NCBI GenBank assembly: GCA_963803145.1
Contig: CAWDLW010000023.1
Coordinates: forward strand, 1 to 64,000
Reading direction: 5' to 3'
DNA length: 64,000 nucleotides
Origin: Methanotrichaceae archaeon
GTDB taxonomy: Archaea > Halobacteriota > Methanosarcinia > Methanotrichales > Methanotrichaceae
A program made the translations under genes and the position numbers. The notes below the pieces were generated by a model. The model ran no database searches, was not told the DNA's origin, and saw only the letters and a list, made by a program, of their open reading frames with translations. This document shows, piece after piece, positions 53,433 through 63,028 of the stretch (position 1 is its first letter; every line of letters begins with the position of its first letter).

Positions 53433-53838
53433 CACCCTCTTTATTGCTGCTGTCAAGAAGGGATGGACTAAGAGCACTGAGCTTGTCTATGCTCTTCTAG
53501 ATAGCCCAGTAGAATTATTCGCCAATAAGCTCCTTATTTTCGAATACGAGAAATATGCCAGCGCCCTTCATACCTATGATCTCTTGAATCACTTGAAGAG
53601 GACTATGATTTTGGTCAATCCTTCTCAGGAAGAAGTCGATGCATGTGCAGCGTTCTTTCCTGAAAACGAGCTATCTGACATAGTTCACGCAGCTACTTGT
53701 CTTTCAGTTGGTGCAATCCTAATCACCAATGATAACCATTTCAATAGGATTAGAGAAGCTAGGTTGATCGAGGTCTGGAGCATGACAAAGGCGATAAAGC
53801 GGCTTTTAGAAGATGATAAAGATTTTGAAGATAGTTAA
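53398..53838 (+). CDS. PIN-domain toxin, copy 2
   Basis: Near-identical to 48726-49166. Confidence 0.85.
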   Translation: MPERCTRYLLDNTLFIAAVKKGWTKSTELVYALLDSPVELFANKLLIFEYEKYASALHTYDLLNHLKRTMILVNPSQEEVDACAAFFPENELSDIVHAATCLSVGAILITNDNHFNRIREARLIEVWSMTKAIKRLLEDDKDFEDS

Positions 53839-53930
53839 GTATACGATTGCCCTTGAGATGATTTCTTTATCCGATACAGTTTCTTATTCTGTTATAATTC
53901 TATGAGCCAAATCGTCCATCTGCCTCAATC

Positions 53931-54040
53931 AACCTTATAGCATGCGTTTTCAAAACCTTCCCCCAGCGAGGGGTTAGGGGCAGCCCGCGCGGCGACTGAG
54001 CGCGCTAGTAAACCGCTAGTATTAGCCCCAGAAAGTAAGT
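53931..54040 (+). repeat. Structured repeat copy F
   Basis: Full copy. Confidence 0.92.
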
Positions 54041-54137
54041 ATGAGGCCCTTGAATCATTGGACCCGATATGGTTATCTTTAAGAGCGACAAAAATTTTAT
54101 TGCATCTCAACTCACCAAGAAGAGATGCAGGGTGGGC

Positions 54138-54320
54138 TTATGCCTGCCCTTTAAACTTGACACCATGCTTTTCCAAATATTCGCGTATCGCCTTCTCTGC
54201 AACCTCTGAAACTCCTCTCATTTGCCCTGTAGATTCGAAGGCGAATTTTCTCAACGCCGCGGCCACTTCTGGTGATAACGATATATTCATTTTAGTTGGC
54301 GTTTTTCTCTCAGGCTCCAT
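54138..54320 (-). CDS. Ribbon-helix-helix protein
   Basis: TKMNISLSPEVAAALRK...VSEVAEKAIREYL. Confidence 0.78.
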   Translation of the reverse strand: MEPERKTPTKMNISLSPEVAAALRKFAFESTGQMRGVSEVAEKAIREYLEKHGVKFKGQA

Positions 54321-54490
54321 GCTTGTTATATGTCTAAATCTTTAACTATTAACCTTTTATCATATTAAGCCACTTAGGAAGAAAAAGAGTTAAATATCTT
54401 ACTCTCCTATTAGGTCATTGGTGAGTTGAGATGATTGGAAGAACAATTTTTGAGAGCGGTTTAGAGACCTTAGCATCGGAGGCGGTCTAA

Positions 54491-55075
54491 ATGCCCTCCC
54501 TACTCCACCCCGAAAACTCCGTCCAGACAGCAGCCGATCCAATAGACACAATAGCGACCGATCCAGCAACCACATCCATGTTATCAGAGCTGACTGCATC
54601 ACTAGCCGAACTTTGGCCCCTCACCTTCAATATCATCGATCTGCAAAAGCAAACCCTGGAGAAAGAAGCCTCCATCCTAAAAGCAATCGTGGAGAAGGCC
54701 ACGCCTCTGGTGCCTCTGCTGTGTGAAGACTGTGAGCAATGTTACCGCCGTGAGATTGTCATCCTGGCCAGAGAGGAGAGAGTGCAGCTTGATGATTTCG
54801 GCTTTTTCAGCGAGCACAGGCTGATTCTCTACGAGAACGGCCTGCTGGCAAGAACTCATCGCTATGGCCAATCAATGAAAGATCTGAATTTTGGATGTGA
54901 GAACACCGATGAGGATGTGCTTACACCTGAGTCTGCTATAACCACATTCGGCTTCACGGCAATTTCAAAGGGCTTGATGAGGATTCTTGGAGATGCGTCA
55001 TCGATGGCTGTACTCAAAGAGGAGCTAGAAGGCAGGCTTGCGGCTTTAGCTGAGGCATTGGAGGCTCTACGATAA
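54491..55075 (+). CDS. Hypothetical protein (paralog of 47706-48284)
   Basis: GGAGG SD; colinear homology. Confidence 0.8.
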   Translation: MPSLLHPENSVQTAADPIDTIATDPATTSMLSELTASLAELWPLTFNIIDLQKQTLEKEASILKAIVEKATPLVPLLCEDCEQCYRREIVILAREERVQLDDFGFFSEHRLILYENGLLARTHRYGQSMKDLNFGCENTDEDVLTPESAITTFGFTAISKGLMRILGDASSMAVLKEELEGRLAALAEALEALR

Positions 55076-55101
55076 AGGGATTAGCTAATCTTATTTTATT
55101 C

Positions 55102-55212
55102 AACCTTACAGCATATATTTTCCCGAACCTTCTCCCGAAAAGGGGCTGGGGGTTGCTCGCATGGCGACTAAGCGCGCTAGAATAACCGTTAGTATTAGCC
55201 CCAGAAGAAAAT
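55102..55212 (+). repeat. Structured repeat copy G (diverged)
   Basis: aacct...ccttctcccgaaaaggggctgggggttgctcgcatggcgactaagcgcgctagaataaccgttagtattagccccagaag. Confidence 0.85.
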
Positions 55213-55381
55213 GCAGTCTCTCTAATTACAATGAATTTAGCCAAAAGCAAAGTTAGAGACATTCTTTTATGTATACTCTTGAATTTAAATTTCTTGAAGA
55301 ACGCTATCTTTTGCCTGTTGCTCACATGCCGGGAAGTTCCAATAGCATCAATCTGGATGAACCGGCAATGGTTCGATGCCT

Positions 55382-55880
55382 TTATTCTCCTGCAAGCTTC
55401 AGAACAGCTTCTCGTGTCTGCTTCGCCAGGCGGAAGCCTAATTCCTGGAGCCTATCAATAGATGGTTCAACTGCTTCCAGGTGCCCCGCACGTTTTGCAT
55501 CCAGCAATAATCCCAGTGTACCTCTAATAGGTATTACTTTTGCAGTGGCAATGCGCCGAGCCAGTGCATCATCCAGAAGCGGGAGGGCTTCCCGGCATTT
55601 CAAGCGCCAGCATCAGTACCTGGGATTCACCAGGTCCGAGATCTGTTATTAGGGGCTCTGCTTTTGCGCTGACAGGCACTTGGATCTTGACCCAGCTTAG
55701 ATTCTCCAGCTTTGGCAGGTCTAATCCTTTTGCGATGCCTGCATCCAGTTCAGCTCGGACGGAAGGAGGGACAATAATAGATCCAACAAGGGCTGGAAGA
55801 ATCCTCAATTGACCTATCTGATGCAGATATTGCAGTGGCGATGTATTGCAGATGACCTTGGGCAGGGCTTTTTTAGGCAA
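55382..55880 (-). pseudogene. DUF3368-type PIN toxin, frameshifted, copy 2
   Basis: Near-identical to 45991-46489 with the same frameshift. Confidence 0.85.
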
Positions 55881-56124
55881 GGCTTGCCTCCGCCTTGAGA
55901 TCTTCTTCCGTTAGGCGAAAAGTATCCACGCCATAGTTCGCCAGGCTGGCCAGGAATACCGTTCGTGGAACTCCTGCCAGCTTTGCAGCTGCACCGGAGG
56001 ATAATTTTCCAAGTTCAAAGAGCTTTACAGCAGCAGCTAATCTCAACTCCTTTCCGAGTTCATCCGGAGACATCTTCATCGCTAACAAGGCATCATCCGG
56101 AACTTGCAAGACTATCTCGCTCAT
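55873..56124 (-). CDS. UPF0175-family antitoxin, copy 3
   Basis: Near-identical to 46482-46733. Confidence 0.85.
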   Translation of the reverse strand: MSEIVLQVPDDALLAMKMSPDELGKELRLAAAVKLFELGKLSSGAAAKLAGVPRTVFLASLANYGVDTFRLTEEDLKAEASLA

Positions 56125-56248
56125 ACGATCTAATCTTTCGTTATGGCTATTGTATTTTTGCATATAGCTTTGTGGTTGATAGTTCATCTTTTGTTTATAA
56201 TTACAGCCAGATATCATGCAAGTGCATAACCGCTCATTCAGTTACGTC

Positions 56249-56356
56249 AACCTTATCGCCTGTTTCGAGGGACTTCCCCGTAGAGGGGTTAGGGGCAGCC
56301 CGCGCGGCTTCTCTCGCGCGCTGGAATAGCCGTTAGTGTTAGCCCCAGAAGAAGGT
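56249..56356 (+). repeat. Structured repeat copy H
   Basis: Full copy; loops changed (gtaga, gcttctct) while stems are kept. Confidence 0.9.
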
Positions 56357-56440
56357 GAAGCTTTTGAATTATTTCATTCAGCTCCAAAAACAAAGTAAGG
56401 ACGATTCTCCAATACACTCTTGTGATCTCTTAGCCTGTGC

Positions 56441-56686
56441 TCATACTACCTTGAATGCCACGCCCACCGCCTGGAACTCTGATGTATCCTGGCGCTCAAG
56501 CTTCGATTTGATCCCCTCGAATCTCCTTACGGTCTCCTGAGAGTACAATCTCTCGCCGCACCTGAGACATACCTCGGCACATACTTTCAGGACCGCTGTA
56601 TTTACGCCGCCCCGAATTACCTTTTCTACTTCCTTCTCCACTAGACTACCGCCACAAACAGGGCATCTCTCGAAAGACGTCATCAT
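56441..56686 (-). CDS. YgiT-type zinc-finger protein
   Basis: CPVCGG...AEVCLRCGERLYS. Confidence 0.85.
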   Translation of the reverse strand: MMTSFERCPVCGGSLVEKEVEKVIRGGVNTAVLKVCAEVCLRCGERLYSQETVRRFEGIKSKLERQDTSEFQAVGVAFKVV

Positions 56687-56696
56687 TCAACCCTAT

Positions 56697-56752
56697 AGAT
56701 CCTCCTCCAGCTCCATTTCTCAATAATGGCACTAGATCTTATGATGACCTAC
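56697..56752 (-). pseudogene. 3' fragment of UPF0175 subtype-2 gene
   Basis: Resembles 50976-51031 (agatcc..tccagctcc..tct..ataatggc.ct.gatctta.gatgaccta). Confidence 0.55.
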
Positions 56753-56864
56753 ATGAATCGCTCCGAATACTTTTCACAGGCCGGAGTATATAAAGTCAAT
56801 CATTTCAAGATTATACGCAATTTGCGCAAAGTCTTTTATCATCTTCAATAGATAATCTGATAAT

Positions 56865-57059
56865 ATGGAGACAAAGGAATTGATTCATCGAGAGATCGAG
56901 GCTTTCCCTGAGCCCTATCTCGAAGAAGTGCTAGACTTTATACACTTTTTAAAGGATAAGGCAATGAAAAAGAGAATGGAAGCTGCGATTCTAAGTGAGT
57001 CAGTTCTTGCCAGGGATTGGCTGAGTCCAGAGGAGGATGAAGCTTGGAAAAATTTATAA
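56865..57059 (+). CDS. DUF2281-like antitoxin
   Basis: PEPYLEEVLDFIHFLK...SESVLARDWLSPEEDEAW. Confidence 0.82.
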   Translation: METKELIHREIEAFPEPYLEEVLDFIHFLKDKAMKKRMEAAILSESVLARDWLSPEEDEAWKNL

Positions 57060-57376
57060 AAGGAGATATAGTTGTACTTCCCTTTCCGTTCTCAGACTTG
57101 ACTGAGGCGAAAAGGCGTCCTGCTCTAGTACTCGCAGAACTTGATGGGACCGATAGAATTCTTTGCCAGATAACGAGCCAGAATTTCGAAGACAGATACG
57201 CTGTTTCAATAGATGAATTAGACTTCGAAGAGGGCTCCCTTAGAAAAAGAAGCAATGTTAGACCGAATCGAATATTCACTGCGGATAGCAAGATAATTCT
57301 GTATAAAGCAGGCCATATCAAATCCAGTAAGATAGATGAAGTCGTGAATAGAATAATCGAAATCTTGACCCGCTAA
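57044..57376 (+). CDS. MazF/PemK-family toxin
   Basis: KGDIVVLPFPFSDL..AKRRPALV, CQITS. Confidence 0.9.
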   Translation: MEKFIKGDIVVLPFPFSDLTEAKRRPALVLAELDGTDRILCQITSQNFEDRYAVSIDELDFEEGSLRKRSNVRPNRIFTADSKIILYKAGHIKSSKIDEVVNRIIEILTR

Positions 57377-57435
57377 TCTGCATTGCTGCTTTCCACGATC
57401 TCAATATCCTCATTCGCTATCTACATGTCCCACTC

Positions 57436-57546
57436 AACCTCGTAACCTGCATTTCGAAAATCCTCCCCCAGCGAGGGGTTAGGGGCAGCCTGCGCGGGCG
57501 TTGGAGCGCGCTATCGTCACCGTTAGTTTTAGCCCCAGAAGGAAGT
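57436..57546 (+). repeat. Structured repeat copy I
   Basis: Full copy. Confidence 0.9.
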
Positions 57547-57593
57547 GTTAGCTTTTAAATTATGTAATTAGCCATAATCCAAATCTGAGCGGA

Positions 57594-58037
57594 CTATGTA
57601 TCTGCTTGTATCTTCAGAAATTCCTCTATTGCATCTATAAACTGATCAAAATCGTCGATATTATCTATCAGGATGGAAAATGCAACTTTATCATCGATTT
57701 TTCCATACCTGTGAACAACTATATTTCTGAATCCCTTCATCTTTCGGATCTTACCACTAATCTCCTCAGTCAAAATACCTTTTTTTGCCAGGCTCTCCAC
57801 TATTCCTTCCTCACTCTCGGGCATCTCCAATCTCAGATCAGAGTTAATGATGGCGCAAATATCGATCACATTCTCGACTGCAAATTCTGCCCTCTTGTAG
57901 ATACCATCTTTAACTAGCCCTAGCCTTGAAAACTCCTCGAAGCTCTGTGGAAGATGAGATCTTACCAACTCTATGCTATCCTCTATCTCAGTCATCTTAT
58001 CTCTGATGAGATCAACTCTGAGGCCCTTCTTTCTCAT
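57594..58037 (-). CDS. HEPN/DUF86 (HepT-like) RNase toxin
   Basis: FRNIVVHRY Rx4H motif. Confidence 0.9.
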   Translation of the reverse strand: MRKKGLRVDLIRDKMTEIEDSIELVRSHLPQSFEEFSRLGLVKDGIYKRAEFAVENVIDICAIINSDLRLEMPESEEGIVESLAKKGILTEEISGKIRKMKGFRNIVVHRYGKIDDKVAFSILIDNIDDFDQFIDAIEEFLKIQADT

Positions 58038-58048
58038 TCTCCCCCCGC

Positions 58049-58438
58049 TTACCTTATTGCCTCCACACCAATATAATCATAATACCTGGGCTTGAAGGCT
58101 TCAAAATCCTTAATGGTCTCATATGCCTTATCGTACAGGAACTGCTTGCTATCGCAATACAGGATCTTTCCCTGCAGAACATCCCTCCTGAGATAAACGG
58201 GAAGCTGCTGGAAGATCTTGATGTCATAGATATCTTCGAACAGCTCCGAAAGAACCCTAAGCCTGAATTCGGAGGCATCCTCGCCCTCATAGTAAACACT
58301 GAGATCGATATCTGAGCCTTCTCTTATCCTGTCCTGTGAGGCTGAGCCGTAAAGAATTATAAAGCGAACTTTCTCGCGGCCGAGTTCTTTGATCTTCTGG
58401 ACGGCATGCTCAATTTTCTCGGATAGAAGTTGGCGAAT
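58049..58438 (-). CDS. MNT nucleotidyltransferase antitoxin (absent from ORF track; apparent ATT start)
   Basis: 129-aa open frame IRQLLSEK...IILYGSASQDRIREGSDIDLSVY...; GS-x10-DxD motif; ends 11 nt before HEPN. Confidence 0.85.
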   Translation of the reverse strand: MRQLLSEKIEHAVQKIKELGREKVRFIILYGSASQDRIREGSDIDLSVYYEGEDASEFRLRVLSELFEDIYDIKIFQQLPVYLRRDVLQGKILYCDSKQFLYDKAYETIKDFEAFKPRYYDYIGVEAIR

Positions 58439-58653
58439 AGGACGTCCCTCTCAGATTTATCGTTGTATGCAGTTCATAAGCTAGTTTAGCAAATTATTTG
58501 TGGCTATAGGTTTAAAGATATTTCGCCAATCGTCCAAAAAAATAGGCGAATTAGGAAGAACTTAAGGGTTAAAGTTTCAATAAAATTTTTAATGTCTCAA
58601 AAGTGCATTACTGAGTTTGGAGATAATCCATCAGCAGCGAGCAAGATTTCTTT

Positions 58654-58752
58654 GACAGGTCTAATCCTTTTGCAATGCCGGTATCCAGTTCAGCTTGGAC
58701 GGATGGAGGAACAATAATGGAATCAACAAGAGCTGGAAGAATCCTCAATTGA
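58654..58752 (-). pseudogene. Internal fragment of DUF3368 toxin gene
   Basis: Matches 46323-46421. Confidence 0.75.
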
Positions 58753-59032
58753 GGAAGTTCTTATAGCATGTTCAAGCTTCATCCTGGGTTGAAGAAACGC
58801 TATTGTGGGTGGAAATCTATGGCAAAACGGCAAATTCTTTCGATCTGTTGGAAATGTGACTGCTGATACAATCAAACACTATATTAAGGAATCTCAAGGG
58901 AAACAGAAAGCAGAGTTTCAATCGCGCAGATCAAGAGAATATGGACAACGAAGACTGGACGATTTCTGAATTCAAAAAAACTGGTCGTGCGGCCCGAAGC
59001 ATACCCCACCCTTTAGGGAGGTGGCCGCACGC
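58753..59032 (+). mobile_element. IS200-type (Y1 TnpA) remnant with right-end hairpin
   Basis: Frameshifted C-terminus GNLWQNGKFFRSVGNVTADTIKHYIKESQ; end hairpin gtgcggcc..ccacccttt-agggaggtggccgcac. Confidence 0.75.
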
Positions 59033-59141
59033 AGTTTTATTGATAACTGTTGCAAAGCATGACTATATAAAGAAATCATGTTGATAATGCATTAACATGA
59101 TCTGAAAGACAATTATATGTAAAATAAAAACAGGTGATAAA

Positions 59142-60545
59142 ATGAAAAAATGCATAGCAATGCTTATTTCGCTCTTGGCTCTGACATCGCTTTTAATTAT
59201 ATATGCCATGGCCGATACCGGGAATGAAACTTCTAATAATGGCATTGTTGCAGTCGCAGAGAACCCTGTGATCTTGAAGGACGAGGTACTGCAGAATAGA
59301 GATAGTGCCAATTACACAGAGGTGCGACACATAGTCCTCAAGGGAACCGATGAACAGATCGGCAAGGCCCTGGGCGAGATCGCTAGGAAGGATTACAATG
59401 TCAGCCTGTACCCGTATGCTGATCCCATTTATGCCAAAGCTCGCCTGGACTACATGCAGAAGAATTACCCGGCTTTCTATGAGAGGATGAAGGGAGTGGC
59501 TGAGGCATACAACGTTTCCCTTAACTCCACAAACCTAGATCTCAGCGCTCTTATTTACGATGTAAAATTTCCTGACTGCTCAATGGTCTACTTCCCACCA
59601 TCTGTAACCTCTAATGGCCATGCCATGGTCTGCAGAAACGTTGACTTTTACAAAGTACCCTATGACATACTGGTTGGCAAGACTAATATCTCTAGCCAGC
59701 CCGATATATTGTCTAGAACCTTTGTGCTGGAGACCTATCCTACTGGGGGCTATTCGAGCCTGGTATTAGGCGCCGTGGATCTAATGGGATTTAGCGTCCA
59801 TGGATTCAACTCTCAAGGTCTGGGCGTTGATATGCAAGATGACAACCTCGGCCCCACCAACCCCAATTTTCAACTAGTTGGAGGCAGGAATAGCGGCATC
59901 TCAATATTAGATGTAGAAAGGATGATACTGGATAACTGCAAGAGCATCGATGAAGCGAAAATGGCCCTGCTAAACAACAAGATTTACTTATTCAATGTCG
60001 GCTTTCACTTCATGATCTACGATAAATACGGCAAATCCACCATAGCTGAGTTTCAAGGTCCCTTCGACCCACTAAAGGATGGCAGCAATGGCAGCATTCA
60101 CTTTACAGATCATTCCAACTCCACTGTTGTGATGACCAACCATCCAGTATACCTGTTTCCCACAATAGAGATTGTGAACAAATACATAGAGGACAATCCG
60201 ATCCCAACCTCATGCTATTACGACACTTGGGTGCGCTATAAGACTCTGTCAGACATCATATCGAACCACAAGGGAAAATTCACACCCCAGTATATGCTCG
60301 ATACTCTCAGTCATGTTAATGAAGAAGTGACTGGTGGTAGCCAGACTGGTGGAAGCGAGATGGACTTCAAAAAATCGAGAACTTTAGCAAACTTTCTGCT
60401 GGATCTTACCAATAGCACCTTATCAGTACGATTCTATCTAAGAGATGGCTGGACAGATCCAATGGAGGACCAAGATTTTTACTGTCCGAAAGGACCCCGT
60501 GGAGTTATCTTCTCACCGTTCTTTAACTTCACTCTTGAAAAATAA
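59142..60545 (+). CDS. Secreted Ntn-hydrolase (peptidase C45 / acyltransferase-like)
   Basis: Signal peptide; DCSMVY putative nucleophile Cys, RNVDF, GFNSQGL, MTNH. Confidence 0.8.
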   Translation: MKKCIAMLISLLALTSLLIIYAMADTGNETSNNGIVAVAENPVILKDEVLQNRDSANYTEVRHIVLKGTDEQIGKALGEIARKDYNVSLYPYADPIYAKARLDYMQKNYPAFYERMKGVAEAYNVSLNSTNLDLSALIYDVKFPDCSMVYFPPSVTSNGHAMVCRNVDFYKVPYDILVGKTNISSQPDILSRTFVLETYPTGGYSSLVLGAVDLMGFSVHGFNSQGLGVDMQDDNLGPTNPNFQLVGGRNSGISILDVERMILDNCKSIDEAKMALLNNKIYLFNVGFHFMIYDKYGKSTIAEFQGPFDPLKDGSNGSIHFTDHSNSTVVMTNHPVYLFPTIEIVNKYIEDNPIPTSCYYDTWVRYKTLSDIISNHKGKFTPQYMLDTLSHVNEEVTGGSQTGGSEMDFKKSRTLANFLLDLTNSTLSVRFYLRDGWTDPMEDQDFYCPKGPRGVIFSPFFNFTLEK

Positions 60546-60761
60546 GAGTCAGCATGCGCTGAAGGGTGTAGAATATGGAATGCAATGCGATGAATCAAGC
60601 GACGTTGAGGATTGTGTGGCTGATTGCAAGTTAGAAATTGTGAGGCATGGTGCATGCCTCTCCATTGTATCTGTGAGAAACTGGATGGTTGATCTCGAAG
60701 AAATGGCTAACTTCTCGAGCTCCTCCCATGCCTTGCTAAGCGCAATCTCGATTTGCATTTA

Positions 60762-61843
60762 TAGTCAATTTTGCATCTAACTTCCTAATAGAAAACCTTA
60801 ATATTCAAGGCGTTAAATTATAGCTGATGGGAAGAAAACCTAAAGTCATAAAACATATCTCAAAAGAAGAGCTAGAAGACCTATATAGAAAAGAAAAAGA
60901 TCCAAGAATTAAAGAGAGGCTGTTAGCGATAATTCATCTTTATGAAAAGAAAAACATTTACGAAGTTCAGGACATTTTGAAAAAGAGCGATCGAACTATC
61001 AAGGATTGGTTAAGTAGATGGAATAATAAAGGCTATGAAGGACTAATACCAGGAAGCGGAGGTGGCGTTGAACCGAGGATACCTTCTCAGGAATGGGATA
61101 ATATTATTAAAGAGATTGAAGGTAAAGGGATGACTATCAGAGATGTTATGGTTTATGTCAAGACTACGAGAGGTGTAGACTATTCTTATAACACGACGTG
61201 GAAAATTTTAAGAGTGGATAAAGGAGTTAAGTATGGGAAACCCTATATTAAAAATGAGAAAAGACCAGAATATGCGGAAAAAATTTTAAAAAAGAATAGA
61301 TTGCGTGTTATCAACAGTCACTGATCCCATTGTGGGTTTTCTAGATGAGAGTTCATTGCAACAAAATCCCAATAAAAGACGAGTGATAAACACTCCTGTG
61401 ATAAAATATGATCAAGGCAGAAAGAGATCTAAGACTATATTCGGTTTTATGGCTATAAATGGCAACGATGCAGTCATGCTATCTGATTCGTCTAAGGCAG
61501 AAGATATGATTAGTTTTATCCAAGTAATAAGAACAGCTAACATTATGAAGCCAATATGTCTCCTGCTCGATAATGCAAAGATACATCTGGCAAAAACAGT
61601 TAGGATATTAGCTCAAGAATTGGATATCCACTTTATCTACTTGCCCCCATATTCGCCAGATTTGAATCCTATTGAGTTTGGATGGAAAGATTTGAAAAGA
61701 GATTTGAGTAAATTCCTTAATTTTGATGAGGCTATCGAAATGAGTGAAGAGTGTGCCCTAAAAATTATATATTTCAGGAAAGATGGATACTCTAGGCATG
61801 TGATAAATAAGGTTTTTAGTGAAGAAAGTTAGGAGATTGACTA
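60762..61843 (+). mobile_element. IS630-family element, copy 2 (diverged)
   Basis: TIR TAGTCAAT../..ATTGACTA, TA on both sides. Confidence 0.9.
60827..61832 (+). CDS. IS630 transposase split in two frames (slip at TTTTAAAAAAG ~61284)
   Basis: HTH ORF plus FLDES/LDNA/YSPDLNPIE ORF. Confidence 0.85.
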
Positions 61844-62229
61844 TAATTTTTGTTATGTTGCATAATTCGATGCCTCAACACTATGAGTATCCTTCGCGAC
61901 TACTGTCATATAGACCGCCGGGCTATTTCTCGTTAACGGATAATCCTGGAATTCAACGATATATTTAGCCTGAGAGAGTAAATGCTCGGACAGGAACGGC
62001 GCACAGAAAATTCCAAACCTATTTTATTGATGACTCGTTATAAAATGGTTGCTGATAAATCTATATACTTGATGATCAAAGCTGGCGCGGTTTGCGCCTT
62101 ATATGGCTGATAAGCATAGGAATCTCTAAACAAGCCCATATAAGGCGCCGAGACTACAGGTTCTCCGATCTATTACGTACGGGGTGAGATCCCCACATCC
62201 TTCATCACAATCTGGCTTTATCCTTTCTC

Positions 62230-62832
62230 TTACCCATTAATATCACGTATTACTATTGGTGAAGTCGAATGTTTCTGTTGTGAATTTGGCAACTGTGATG
62301 TTGGTGAGGGGGACGATGGTGTTTCAGAAGGATTCGTTGAGGCTCCTGAACCAGCTTTGGCATATGCTTCATTTGCCCGTTCATTATCCCCTACCTTGGT
62401 AAAGAGATCTCCGATACTTCGCCAAAGATATTCATTGTTGGGATCGATATTCAATGCGTTATTGAAGCATTTCGAAGCTGAATCATAATCGCCGAGGCGG
62501 GTAAATGTTCTACCTTCGCTGGTCAGTATATCTGCATTTGATGGGTCTAATTCAGAAGCCATTGTATAATACACAAGCGCTTGATGATAGAATCCCATAT
62601 TGTTCATTGTATCTCCTTGGCCTGCCCAGTTTAAAGCAGATTGCGGATTGTTTTCAATTACCTTGGCAAAGCAGACAAATGCATCGGCATAATTGTTCTC
62701 TGATAGCAACTGGTTGCAATCGTCTGAGTTACTGAGGGATGTGCTTTGACTGGCGCAGACCCCTGTTAAAAAATAACTCAACAAACAGAACATAATTAAG
62801 ATCTTTCCTCGTATCGTTTTCTGTTTGAACAT
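62230..62832 (-). CDS. Secreted TPR protein with Ser/Pro-rich tail (possibly C-truncated)
   Basis: Signal peptide, about three TPRs, ends shortly after a linker. Confidence 0.7.
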   Translation of the reverse strand: MFKQKTIRGKILIMFCLLSYFLTGVCASQSTSLSNSDDCNQLLSENNYADAFVCFAKVIENNPQSALNWAGQGDTMNNMGFYHQALVYYTMASELDPSNADILTSEGRTFTRLGDYDSASKCFNNALNIDPNNEYLWRSIGDLFTKVGDNERANEAYAKAGSGASTNPSETPSSPSPTSQLPNSQQKHSTSPIVIRDING

Positions 62833-63028
62833 TCCTCATACACCTTAAATAACCGTTACAATTCTATAACTATATAGCTTTATACTCCTCCTTGTAAATT
62901 AACTCTTAAAAGCAATGCATTGGCTACGGCGCATATTTGCTATAACAGGCCGATTCGCTTTACCTATTCATCCATTGATACATGAACGATCATTGAAACG
63001 AGTCCTAGAAAACAAATCATTCAGGATC

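Noticed and set aside
45882-57546. CRISPR array
   Set aside because: Repeats are ~108 bp, spacing is 0.07-2.6 kb and gene-containing, and no cas genes are present.
60445-60780. ORFs beside the second IS630
   Set aside because: Removing the IS does not restore a convincing longer frame on the minus strand; no family recognised.
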